64,000 nucleotides of DNA from an uncultured delta proteobacterium. GTDB taxonomy: Bacteria; Myxococcota_A; Polyangia; Polyangiales; Polyangiaceae. This document shows positions 52,424-60,960 of the stretch, piece after piece. The notes below the pieces were generated by a model that saw only the letters and a program-made list of their open reading frames with translations, was not told where the DNA came from and did not search any database. Where the stretch lies: assembly GCA_963806225.1 (NCBI GenBank), contig CAWDXG010000001.1, positions 1,664,001-1,728,000 of the forward strand. Direction: 5' to 3'. How positions within the stretch are numbered: position 1 is the first letter of the stretch; every line of letters begins with the position of its first letter. The position numbers and the translations under genes are program-made.

Positions 52424-53561
52424 ATGCTGGTGGTCGCTGTGGGTGTCGCGCTCGCCTCGGGCTGTACGGCGTTCAGCGGCGCGGAAGACCTGTTGAACCG
52501 CGCTGACGGCGGGCCGGGAGCGGGCGGAGCTGGCGTCGACGGGGGCGGCTACGGGGGCGGCACGGCGGGCTGGCCATCCGGTGGCACCACCAGCACGGGC
52601 GGTTCGGGAGCCTCGGGCGGCAGCGGCGCATCTGGCTCCGGCGGGACGGGCGCCACGGGCGGGTCGAGCAGCAGCGGTGGCTCCAGCGGATTCGAGCAGC
52701 ACCGGGGGTTCCAGCAGCACCGGGGGTTCCAGCAGCACCGGGGGTTCCAGCAGCACCGGGGGTTCCAGCAGCACGGGCGGCAGCGGCGGCAACCCGCCGC
52801 AGTGCACCAACAACGCCGACTGCTCCGACGGGAACGTCTGCACCAACGACAGCTGCTCGAACGGCAAGTGCGGTCATAGCTTCGTGGCCAATGGCACGAC
52901 GTGCGGCGGCGCCTATTGCACGGGCCTCAGCAAGTGCGACGGCAGCGGCAACTGCGTCCAGGGCTCACCGCCGCAGATCAACGACAACAACGCCTGCACA
53001 ACCGATACGTGCAACTCGTCCGCACAGACCGTCACGCACACCCCGGTCAACGTCGACGACAACAACAAGTGCACGACCGACAGCTGCAACACGTCGACCG
53101 GCCAGATCACCCACACACCGGTCAATACCGACGACGGCAACTCCTGCACGACGGACAGCTGTGACCCGTCGACGGGCGTCCACCACACGACGATCAAGAA
53201 CTTCTACACGTGCGGCTACTCCTGTACGAGCGGCTTCCACGTCCAGTCCGTGTCGACGAGCTGCAGCTGCGGCAGCAGCGGCTGCAACGCGCAGGTGTAC
53301 TGCGCGCCCGACTGCGGCAGCACCTTCTACGCCTGCGGCTATTCGTGCCCGTCCGGCTATCACATCTCGTCGGTGTCCACGAGTTGCAGCTGCAGCACGT
53401 CGGGTTGCTCGGAACAGGTGAACTGCAAAGCGGACACAGGAAATTCCTTCTACGCCTGTGGCAACAGCTGCCCGGCTGGCTACCACCAGCAAAGCACCAG
53501 CACGAGCTGCAGCTGCAGCACGTCGGGCTGCAGTACGCAGTCCTACTGCGTGAAGAACTGA
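52424..53561 (+). CDS. Cys-rich lipoprotein with Gly/Ser linker, CTDC-like repeats and three C-terminal Cys repeats; frame break near 52690
   Basis: Lipobox ASGC in frame 52313; DDNNKCTTDSC-type repeats and FYxCGxSC repeats in frame 52581. Confidence 0.7.
52691..52780. repeat. Five copies of an 18-nt coding repeat (ttccagcagcaccggggg; SSSTGG)
   Basis: Units at 52691, 52709, 52727, 52745, 52763. Confidence 0.9.
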
Positions 53562-53563
53562 GC

Positions 53564-55192
53564 TCAGCCCGCCCGACGCCGCTTCACCGCGCCCAGGATC
53601 GTCGAAAGCTCCTCGCTCCCGAGCAGCCGCGCCGCGACGAGGAACGCCACGCCGAACAACACGGCGCCGAGCGCGCCCGGCAGCATGCGCACGACTGAAC
53701 CGCGTCCGACGTGGGCGCCTAGCCAGCTCGCGCTCCAGATCCCGGCGGCCAGCGCCGGCGCGACGCAGAGCAGCGTGCGCCCGGCAGCGCCCGCGATCTC
53801 GAGAAAGCGCGTGTCGGCGAGCCGGCGCCGGAGCAGCACCCAGAGCAGCAGCATCTGCACGAAGGCCGAGCCCGTGACGGCCACGCTGATGCCCACGTGC
53901 CCGAGCGGCCCGCGCAGCCAGAGCGCCAGGCCGATGAAGGCGCACAGGTCGATGCCCGACACGATCACCGGCGTGCGCGTGTCGCCGAGCGCGTAGTACA
54001 CGGCGACGAGCTGCCGCACCGCTGCGACGATCCAGATCCCGGAGCCGAGCGCCATCAACGCTAGCGCCGTCTGGTGCGCCGCGACCGGTCCGAACTCGCC
54101 GCGCTCGAAGATCAGGACCACGAGCGGTTGCGCGAGCCCGACGAACAGCGCCGTCGCGGCGATGCCCACGAACAGCGCGAGCCGCATGCCGAACGCGAAG
54201 GTGCGGCTAACTTCGTCGTGATGGCCGCGCGCGGCGAGCAACGAAAGGCTCGGCAGCGTCGCCGTCTGCAGCGCCATCACGAAGATGCCCTGGGGGAAAT
54301 CGCACAGCCTGAGAGCGAAGCCGAAGTAGCTCTGCGAACCGCGCGGCAGCTCGGACAGGAAGCGCCGCGCGAGCACTACGTCGATGTAGTAGATGCCGAT
54401 GCCCGCCAGCACCGGGGCCATGCGGCGTAGCGCCTCGCGCACGCCGGGGTGCTTGAAGTCGAGGCGCGGCCGTTCGAAGTATCGGATCTTCTTCAGGCTG
54501 GGCCACTGCGCCACGACCTGCAGTGCGCCGCCGACCAGCGCGCCGAAGGCCATCGCCAGGATGCGCTCGTAGCCGTGCGCGCCGAGCCAGCCCGGCAAGA
54601 GCAGCGCGAAGACGATGAACGCGACGTTGAGCAGGCCGGGCGCGAACGCTGTGACGACGAAGCGTTGGTGCGTGTTGAGCGCCGCGACACCGAGCGCCGC
54701 CGTGCCCATGAAGAAGATGTACGGGAACACCCAGCGTGTGAGCGTGACGGTGCGCTCGAACTGGCCCGGTTGGTTCTTGTAGCCTGCGGCGAATAGATCG
54801 ACGAGCTGCGGCGCCGCGATCACGCCGGCCACGGCCACCAGCGCCAGGATCAAGAGCGACAGCCCGCGCATCGCGCTGAAGAACTTCCGCGCTTCTTCGT
54901 CGCCGTCGCGCTCGCGGATCTGCGACAGCACGGGCAGCACCGCGCTCTGCACGGCGCCCTCGGCCAGCAGTTGGCGGAGCACGTTGGGGATCACCCAGGC
55001 GACGAAGAAGGCGTCGGTGGCGCCGCGGCTGAACATGGCCGCCAGCACCTGCTCCCGGCCCAGGCCGAGGATGCGGCTCAGCAGCGTGCCGGCGGCGGTG
55101 ATGCCGGCGCGGCCGGCAATCCGGCGCCGCTCGGACTCGCCATGGCTCTGGGCGTCGCTCGGCTCGGCGGCGCTGGGGCTTTCCTCGGCCAC
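53564..55192 (-). CDS. murJ: Lipid II flippase MurJ (MviN)
   Basis: TLLSRILGLGRE, DAFFVAWVIPNVLRQLLAEGA, YYALGDTRTPV; many TM helices. Confidence 0.93.
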   Translation of the reverse strand: MAEESPSAAEPSDAQSHGESERRRIAGRAGITAAGTLLSRILGLGREQVLAAMFSRGATDAFFVAWVIPNVLRQLLAEGAVQSAVLPVLSQIRERDGDEEARKFFSAMRGLSLLILALVAVAGVIAAPQLVDLFAAGYKNQPGQFERTVTLTRWVFPYIFFMGTAALGVAALNTHQRFVVTAFAPGLLNVAFIVFALLLPGWLGAHGYERILAMAFGALVGGALQVVAQWPSLKKIRYFERPRLDFKHPGVREALRRMAPVLAGIGIYYIDVVLARRFLSELPRGSQSYFGFALRLCDFPQGIFVMALQTATLPSLSLLAARGHHDEVSRTFAFGMRLALFVGIAATALFVGLAQPLVVLIFERGEFGPVAAHQTALALMALGSGIWIVAAVRQLVAVYYALGDTRTPVIVSGIDLCAFIGLALWLRGPLGHVGISVAVTGSAFVQMLLLWVLLRRRLADTRFLEIAGAAGRTLLCVAPALAAGIWSASWLGAHVGRGSVVRMLPGALGAVLFGVAFLVAARLLGSEELSTILGAVKRRRAG

Positions 55193-55275
55193 TAGCCGGC
55201 TGTAGCGCGGCCCCCGCCAGACCGCGAATTTCCTGCTGTTTTCCGGCTCCTACGGCACGATTCCGGCCACGGAGC

Positions 55276-57027
55276 TCACTTGCACGGATTGATGAAGGTC
55301 CCGCAGGGCTTCTTCTTCTTGGCTGGGGCGTGGGGCGGCGCGGCGGGGCGCGCAGGTCGGAGCTTGGTGAGCGTCAGATGGCGTGAGGCGTCCTGGCCGG
55401 GCTCCAGATCGAAGCGGTCGTTGGCCGGCAGATAGCCGCGGCGTGTCGCGGTGCAGCGGTGCGGGCCTGGGTCGAGCGCCGCGCTGCCGGCGTCCAGCTC
55501 CACCTGGCGGCCGTCGCATTCGATGCGGTCGCAGGCGGGCTCGCACTCGAAGCGCACCGCGGCCTGCTTGGGTGGCGCGGGTTCGGCAGCGGCGGACGCG
55601 CTTGCGGCGGGCGGCGCCGCGCTGGCAGGCGGCGCCGGATTCGAGGCCGCGGCAAGCGCCGACGGCGTAGCGGGAGCGCTCGCGGCGGGCTTCTCGCTCT
55701 CGGCCGGTGCCGGGGAACCGACCAGGTGCGAGACGAGCAGTCCCAGTCCCCCGAGCGCGAGGACGCCGCCCGCGATCGCCAGCGGCACGGTGAGCCCCCG
55801 CTTCTTCGGCAGGCCGTGTGCGGCCGGCGCCACGTCGACCGGAGCCGCTTCGGCGACCGGAGGGCGTGCGGGTGCGGGTGGCGGTGTCGGTGCGGGGACC
55901 GACAGGGGCGCGGTGGGGGTCGGCGGATTGATGGCAACGGGCGTGGGCGGCGCGGCTGCGGTATCTGCCGGCGGGGGTCGCGTCGGGACGCGCAGGTATG
56001 CCAGCGGTTGCGCGCTGACCATCGCAACCGGTTCGTGTTGCGGGTCGCTCGATGGCGGCGGCGGTTCGCGCGCGGGTTTCGTTCCCGTTGGTGGTGGCAC
56101 CGAGGGGCCAAGCTGGCGCTCGAGAGCAGGGCCGGGGCGCGCCGGCGGCTTCGAGGACGCGCCGCCGATCGACTGGACGGCGGCGCGGAAGTTCCCGGCC
56201 ATCGTGCCGACCGACTCGAAGCGCTGCTCGGGCCTCGGCGCCAGCGCCTGGCTGAACCAGTCGTCGAGCGCGGCGTCGAGCGGCGCGCCGAGCTCGGCGG
56301 CAAGCGCCGACGCGGAGCCGATCGGCTCGAGCATCTGCGTCCACAGCGCCGCCGTGTCCAGCGGCTCGCGTTCGACGGCCCGGAAACGGCTGTGACCGGT
56401 CAGCGCGTGGAACACGACGAGCCCCAGCGCGAACACATCCATCCTCGGCGTGCTCGCTTCCGCCGGGTCCGCCGCGTCCGGACCCAGCCAGCCCGGCGTC
56501 GCCGCCCAGCCCGGCGCGAGCCCGAGCGCCACCCTGAGACGCCACACACCGAAGTCGGTGATGTGCACCGTGGGCTTCTCGGCGGGTTCGACAAATACGT
56601 TGCCCGGCTTCAGGTCACGGTGCACCAGCCCGGCCGCATGCGCCGCGTCGAGCGCGGGAGCGAGCGCTTCGAGCATCGCCGCCAGCCGTTCAATCGGCAA
56701 GGCTCCGCCTGCGCGGATCTGGTCGGCCAGCGAGGGCCACACCACGCGATCGGTGACCACCCAGGGCGCCGTGTCCTTCCCTGAATCGATGCGCTTGGCG
56801 AATCCATCGAACGGCAGCGCGGCGACCGCCTGGGCGGCCTTGTCGAACGCGGCCCAGGCGTCGGCGTGGTCGAGCAGCGCGGGTGCGAAGCGCTTCAGAG
56901 CTCCGGGCTGGCCGCTCAGCGGGTCGCGCACCGCGTACACCTCGCCGAGCTCGCCGCGGCCGATGAACGCCGCCACCTGCCAGCGGCCGCCGACGCTGGT
57001 TCCCGGCGCGAGCGCGGGTGCGTTCAC
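55276..57027 (-). CDS. Membrane Ser/Thr kinase-like protein (atypical motifs) with Pro-rich region and PEGA-like C-terminus
   Basis: GTG start overlapping upstream TGA; GRGELGEVY, HRDLKPGN, DFG; TM helix; terminal KKKPCGTFINPCK. Confidence 0.8.
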   Translation of the reverse strand: MNAPALAPGTSVGGRWQVAAFIGRGELGEVYAVRDPLSGQPGALKRFAPALLDHADAWAAFDKAAQAVAALPFDGFAKRIDSGKDTAPWVVTDRVVWPSLADQIRAGGALPIERLAAMLEALAPALDAAHAAGLVHRDLKPGNVFVEPAEKPTVHITDFGVWRLRVALGLAPGWAATPGWLGPDAADPAEASTPRMDVFALGLVVFHALTGHSRFRAVEREPLDTAALWTQMLEPIGSASALAAELGAPLDAALDDWFSQALAPRPEQRFESVGTMAGNFRAAVQSIGGASSKPPARPGPALERQLGPSVPPPTGTKPAREPPPPSSDPQHEPVAMVSAQPLAYLRVPTRPPPADTAAAPPTPVAINPPTPTAPLSVPAPTPPPAPARPPVAEAAPVDVAPAAHGLPKKRGLTVPLAIAGGVLALGGLGLLVSHLVGSPAPAESEKPAASAPATPSALAAASNPAPPASAAPPAASASAAAEPAPPKQAAVRFECEPACDRIECDGRQVELDAGSAALDPGPHRCTATRRGYLPANDRFDLEPGQDASRHLTLTKLRPARPAAPPHAPAKKKKPCGTFINPCK

Positions 57028-57692
57028 TTGCCGCTCCGCAGACTCTTCACCGCCTGCAGGATCGCTGGCACCTTGTCTTCGCCGCCGGGCTTGAGCACGG
57101 CGGCGGCCCCGACGATCGCCCGGTTGTCTTCGAGCTTCGTCACGATGACCAGCACCGAGCCCGGCTTGTCCGACAGCCGTGGCGACTGGCCGAACTGTCG
57201 CTGCTTGTTCACCTCCCACAGCTCGATCTTCATGCCGCCGTCCGCGTCGAGCTTGGTCTGCGCGTGGGTCAGGCGTGTCTTCAGCGCCTTGCGCGCGACC
57301 TTGGTGATCTCGAGCCGGTCGAGCAGCTTGTCGATCGCCTTGCTCGTGTCGGCGGACCACGCCGTCTTCGCCGTGCTGAAGGCCAGCACGGCGACCGAGC
57401 CCGGTGCGGTGGCGACGGAAGCCGCGCTCTCCTCGGCGTAGGTCCAGCCGGGCGGCGGATGGAACGTTGCCGCGCCGTCGCCGATCCCGAGCTCGGTATC
57501 GGCCTTCGCCTCGCACTTGTCGTCGAGCGACTTGCAGCTCGGTGGAGGGGAGGGCGCTGGTTCCGCGGAAGCGGAGGCCGACGCGGTCGGTGCGGGCGGC
57601 GCTGCGGGCGGGGGCGCCGCGGGCTTCCTGCGGCAGTAGCCGGCGGACAGGGCGAGCAGGGCGAGCAGTGTGAACAGCCTGGGTTGGGGCAT
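57024..57692 (-). CDS. Hypothetical exported protein / lipoprotein
   Basis: MPQPRLFTLLALLALSAGYC leader, Pro/Ala linker. Confidence 0.65.
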   Translation of the reverse strand: MPQPRLFTLLALLALSAGYCRRKPAAPPPAAPPAPTASASASAEPAPSPPPSCKSLDDKCEAKADTELGIGDGAATFHPPPGWTYAEESAASVATAPGSVAVLAFSTAKTAWSADTSKAIDKLLDRLEITKVARKALKTRLTHAQTKLDADGGMKIELWEVNKQRQFGQSPRLSDKPGSVLVIVTKLEDNRAIVGAAAVLKPGGEDKVPAILQAVKSLRSGK

Positions 57693-57756
57693 GGCTCCGT
57701 TCATCGGCGCGGGCAAAATACCAGCTTCCCGGCCCGGCCGCCCGGCTTTCGCCGCT

Positions 57757-58701
57757 CTAGGCCCATCGGCCCCCCGTGCGCAGGCTTTCGCCTACGGCGA
57801 CGAGGCCCAGGCGCGTTTCGTCCAGTCCGCGGCGTTTCCATTCGGCACGGAGCCTCTCGGGGGGCTCGTCGAGCGGCTCGTCGGTCAGCTTGAAGGTCCC
57901 CCAGTGCATGGCGACGAAATGTCGCGCGCCCAGATCGACGAAGCCCTGCGTCGCCTGCTCGGGGTTCATGTGCTGCTGCTCCATGAACCACGCCGGGTCG
58001 TAGGCGCCAATCGGCAGCATCGCCGCGTCGATTCCGGGAAAGCGCCGGCCGATCTCGCGGAAGCCGTCGAAGTAGGCCGTGTCGCCGGCGTGGTAGACGC
58101 GCGCCGAGCGCCCCTCGATGACGAAGCCGCCCCACAAGGACTGGTTGGCGTCGGCAAGCCCCCGCCGGCTCCAGTGCTGCGACGGCACGAAGCTCACGTC
58201 GACGCCCGCCACGCGCGTCCGCTCCCACCAGCCGAGCTCGGTGCACTCGAGCCCAGCGCGCTCGAGATAGCGCCCGAGCCCGAGCCCGCCGATGACCGGG
58301 GCGCCCACGGCCGCCAGCGTCGGCAGATCGAGATGGTCGAAGTGGTTGTGACTGACCAGCGACGCGGCGATGGGCGGCAGCTCGTTCACGCCCAGCGCGG
58401 GGGGCACGTTGCGCTGGATGCCGCCCGCGATGCGGTCGAACAGGACCGCGTCGGTCAGCAGATTGACTCCGTCGACTTGCACCAGGAAGCTGGCGTGCCC
58501 GAGCCACGTCACGCGTGCGGGCTCTGCCTGGGCCGGCGGCGATGCCAGAACCCGGCGGTCGGGTTCCACCCGCGGCACGAGAGCGCGCGCGGGTGAGCGC
58601 CGCCTGCGCCCTGCCAGCCGGTCGACGACGCCCCATTTGAGCACGTTGGAGAACGGTTGCGGGCCGCTGCCATCGAGGTTGACGAATCGCCTGCTTCCCA
58701 A
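57757..58701 (-). CDS. MBL-fold metallohydrolase (NAPE-PLD/RomA-like)
   Basis: TWLGHAS, SHNHFDHLD, PSQHWSRR, HAGDT, PIGAY, MHWGTF. Confidence 0.88.
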   Translation of the reverse strand: MGSRRFVNLDGSGPQPFSNVLKWGVVDRLAGRRRRSPARALVPRVEPDRRVLASPPAQAEPARVTWLGHASFLVQVDGVNLLTDAVLFDRIAGGIQRNVPPALGVNELPPIAASLVSHNHFDHLDLPTLAAVGAPVIGGLGLGRYLERAGLECTELGWWERTRVAGVDVSFVPSQHWSRRGLADANQSLWGGFVIEGRSARVYHAGDTAYFDGFREIGRRFPGIDAAMLPIGAYDPAWFMEQQHMNPEQATQGFVDLGARHFVAMHWGTFKLTDEPLDEPPERLRAEWKRRGLDETRLGLVAVGESLRTGGRWA

Positions 58702-58791
58702 AGCGCTCCTACCGGGACCCGGAGCGTAGCACCGCTTTTGGAGTCTTTGTGGCGCTGCAGGCGGGGCCGGACCGTCCTATGCTGGCAACCC

Positions 58792-59313
58792 ATGAGGTTT
58801 CCTCTAGCGCTTCTCCTGACTGCCCTGCTCGTCCTGCCACTCGGCGCCTGCAAGAAGAAACCGGCGCCGCGGCCCGGCCCCGGCGCAGAGGGCGGCCCGG
58901 CCACCGCCGCCTCGGCGGAGCTGCCGGAGCTGATCAAGAAGTACAAGGCGATGAGCGCCGCCGAGCGGACCGAGGCCGCGAAGAGCGGCTGCTACGTGTC
59001 AAGCCAGTGCAAGGCGCTCGAGACGAAGGCCCTGTTCGCGGCCGCGAGCGGCACGGAGAAGGCCTCGCTGAAGGCCGCGGCCCGTCCCGTGTTCGCCCGG
59101 CAGTACGAGAAGGAGCTGGTCGACAAGGGCAAGAAGCCCGACAGTGTTGTCGCGTCGGGAGACGACGGCACGACGCTCGAGGTCAAGGGCCCGCCGTGCA
59201 ACCGCTTCCTGCTGTCGAACTTCATGAACGACTTCGGCGACCGCGCGCGCACCCTCGGTTTCAAGCGCGTCGCCTGCGAGAACAAGGCGCTCAAGGCGAA
59301 GATCGATCTGTAG
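58792..59313 (+). CDS. Hypothetical lipoprotein
   Basis: MRFPLALLL..LGAC lipobox. Confidence 0.7.
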   Translation: MRFPLALLLTALLVLPLGACKKKPAPRPGPGAEGGPATAASAELPELIKKYKAMSAAERTEAAKSGCYVSSQCKALETKALFAAASGTEKASLKAAARPVFARQYEKELVDKGKKPDSVVASGDDGTTLEVKGPPCNRFLLSNFMNDFGDRARTLGFKRVACENKALKAKIDL

Positions 59314-59316
59314 GCC

Positions 59317-60681
59317 TCAGGGCGGATACGCCGCCACGCATGCATCGAGCGCCTTCTGGTCGACCGGCGGCGGGTCGAAGCTGGGCGGCGTCATGAACGG
59401 CGGGTTCTTGAAGTCGAACATGTCCATCATCGCGTCGGCGTTGGCGTCGCGCGCAGTGAGCGCCGGCAGATTGAAGCGCGCTTCGACGAACCGGAGGATG
59501 GACGTGTGGTCGTGGAGCACGTGCGACACGTAGTGCTGCTTCGCGTACGGCGAGATCACGAACACGGGAACGCGGAAACCGTAGTGGTCGAAGCCGCCGA
59601 GGTTGGCGTCCTTCGCCGGCGGCGTGCTGTCCGGCGCGCACGCCTTGGGCGGCGGCACGTGATCGTACAGGCCGCCGTTCTCGTCATAGGTGATGAACAT
59701 CGCCGAGCGCTTCCAGAGCGGGCTCTTCATCAGCGTGGTCACCTGGTCGTACACGAACTTCTGGCCGACCTGCATGTCCCCGGGGGGGTGTTCGCTGCTG
59801 CGGCCCGCGCCGCCGGCGTCGAAGAGCGAGTCGACGAAGGAAACCTGCGGCAGAGTGCCGGCTGCAGCATCCTTGGCGAATTCGCCTATGGCCACGAAGT
59901 GATCCTTGTTCGCGAGGAACGTCGAGATGAACATCGCCTCCGGCGGATAGTTCGACCTGTAGACCTTCCAGCTCACGTTCGCCGCGTCCAGCACCTTGAA
60001 GATGTTGTTGCCCTCGGCCGGCGGCGGCGTGTTCGAGACCAGGCCGAAGCTGGTGGCCGCGTAGAAATACATGCGGTTCGGCCAGGTCGGCCCGAGCAGC
60101 GAGCAGTGGTAGTTGTCACTGATGGCGAAGGTGCTCGCGAGCTTGTAGTAGAACGGGATGTCGGTCTGGTCGTAGTAGCCCATCGCCCGGGCGCCGGTCG
60201 GATCCGAGGGCTTCGCGTTGGCGATGGCGAAGCCGTCGTTCTTGTCGTTGTCCCACTCGGTGTGGCTCGCCTTCCACGAGTGACCGGTGTCGTCGAAGCA
60301 GTACTCCGTCTTGTGCGAAAATGGGATTGGCGTGCCGTCCGGCGCCGGGTTGGTCACGCCGGCCGGCGCCACGTCCACGTCCGGCTGCCCGTACTCCGGC
60401 AGCTTCTGGAAGTAGTGATCGAAGGAGCGGTTTTCCTGCATGACGAGCACGACGTGATCGATCGGGATCTGTCTGCCTGCGCAGCCGATCGTATCTTCCG
60501 CCAGCGCGCCGGCTGCGAACTTGCAGGAGCTGCGGTCCGCCGCCGCCGTCTGGCTCTGCGCCGGGTCGCACAGCGGTGGATTTGCGCTCGAGCCCCGATC
60601 CGACGACGAGCAGGCAAGAGCTGGTAGGGCGGCAAGCACGACGAGCGGAAGCGCCCAGAGCGATTTCACGGCCGGAAGCAT
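59317..60681 (-). CDS. Phosphoesterase / phospholipase C (AcpA-PlcH family) lipoprotein
   Basis: Lipobox ALAC; MQENRSFDHYF, GPTWPNR, SEHP, TYDENGG.YDHV, GFRVP, DHTSIL. Confidence 0.9.
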   Translation of the reverse strand: MLPAVKSLWALPLVVLAALPALACSSSDRGSSANPPLCDPAQSQTAAADRSSCKFAAGALAEDTIGCAGRQIPIDHVVLVMQENRSFDHYFQKLPEYGQPDVDVAPAGVTNPAPDGTPIPFSHKTEYCFDDTGHSWKASHTEWDNDKNDGFAIANAKPSDPTGARAMGYYDQTDIPFYYKLASTFAISDNYHCSLLGPTWPNRMYFYAATSFGLVSNTPPPAEGNNIFKVLDAANVSWKVYRSNYPPEAMFISTFLANKDHFVAIGEFAKDAAAGTLPQVSFVDSLFDAGGAGRSSEHPPGDMQVGQKFVYDQVTTLMKSPLWKRSAMFITYDENGGLYDHVPPPKACAPDSTPPAKDANLGGFDHYGFRVPVFVISPYAKQHYVSHVLHDHTSILRFVEARFNLPALTARDANADAMMDMFDFKNPPFMTPPSFDPPPVDQKALDACVAAYPP

Positions 60682-60772
60682 AGCCGGAAAAAGCGTCGCG
60701 CCGCAGCCGGAACGCCCGGGGTCCCGACGTTTTCGCGCGCCCGTCACGCTATGCCGCAGCGCGGTGACGCGA

Positions 60773-60949
60773 CTAGCGCCGCCCCTTGAACCCCATCATT
60801 TCCTGCACGACGGACTCGCTCGCCTCGGCGATCTCTTCCTGTTCCCGCGCCTCGTCGGCGCAGTCCTCGCAGAGCCGCCGGTTCTTCCCGCCGATGCGCA
60901 CCGTCTCGAGCTCGTCCACCTCTTCACCGCATTGCTTGCAGGTCGGCAT
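60773..60949 (-). CDS. Small zinc-finger protein (58 aa)
   Basis: MPTCKQC..LCEDC followed by an acidic helix; starts 11 nt after the HNH gene stop. Confidence 0.7.
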   Translation of the reverse strand: MPTCKQCGEEVDELETVRIGGKNRRLCEDCADEAREQEEIAEASESVVQEMMGFKGRR

Positions 60950-60960
60950 GAAGCCGGATG

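Noticed and set aside
52691..52780. 18-nt repeats as a possible CRISPR array
   Set aside because: No spacers and no cas genes; in-frame Gly/Ser/Thr linker
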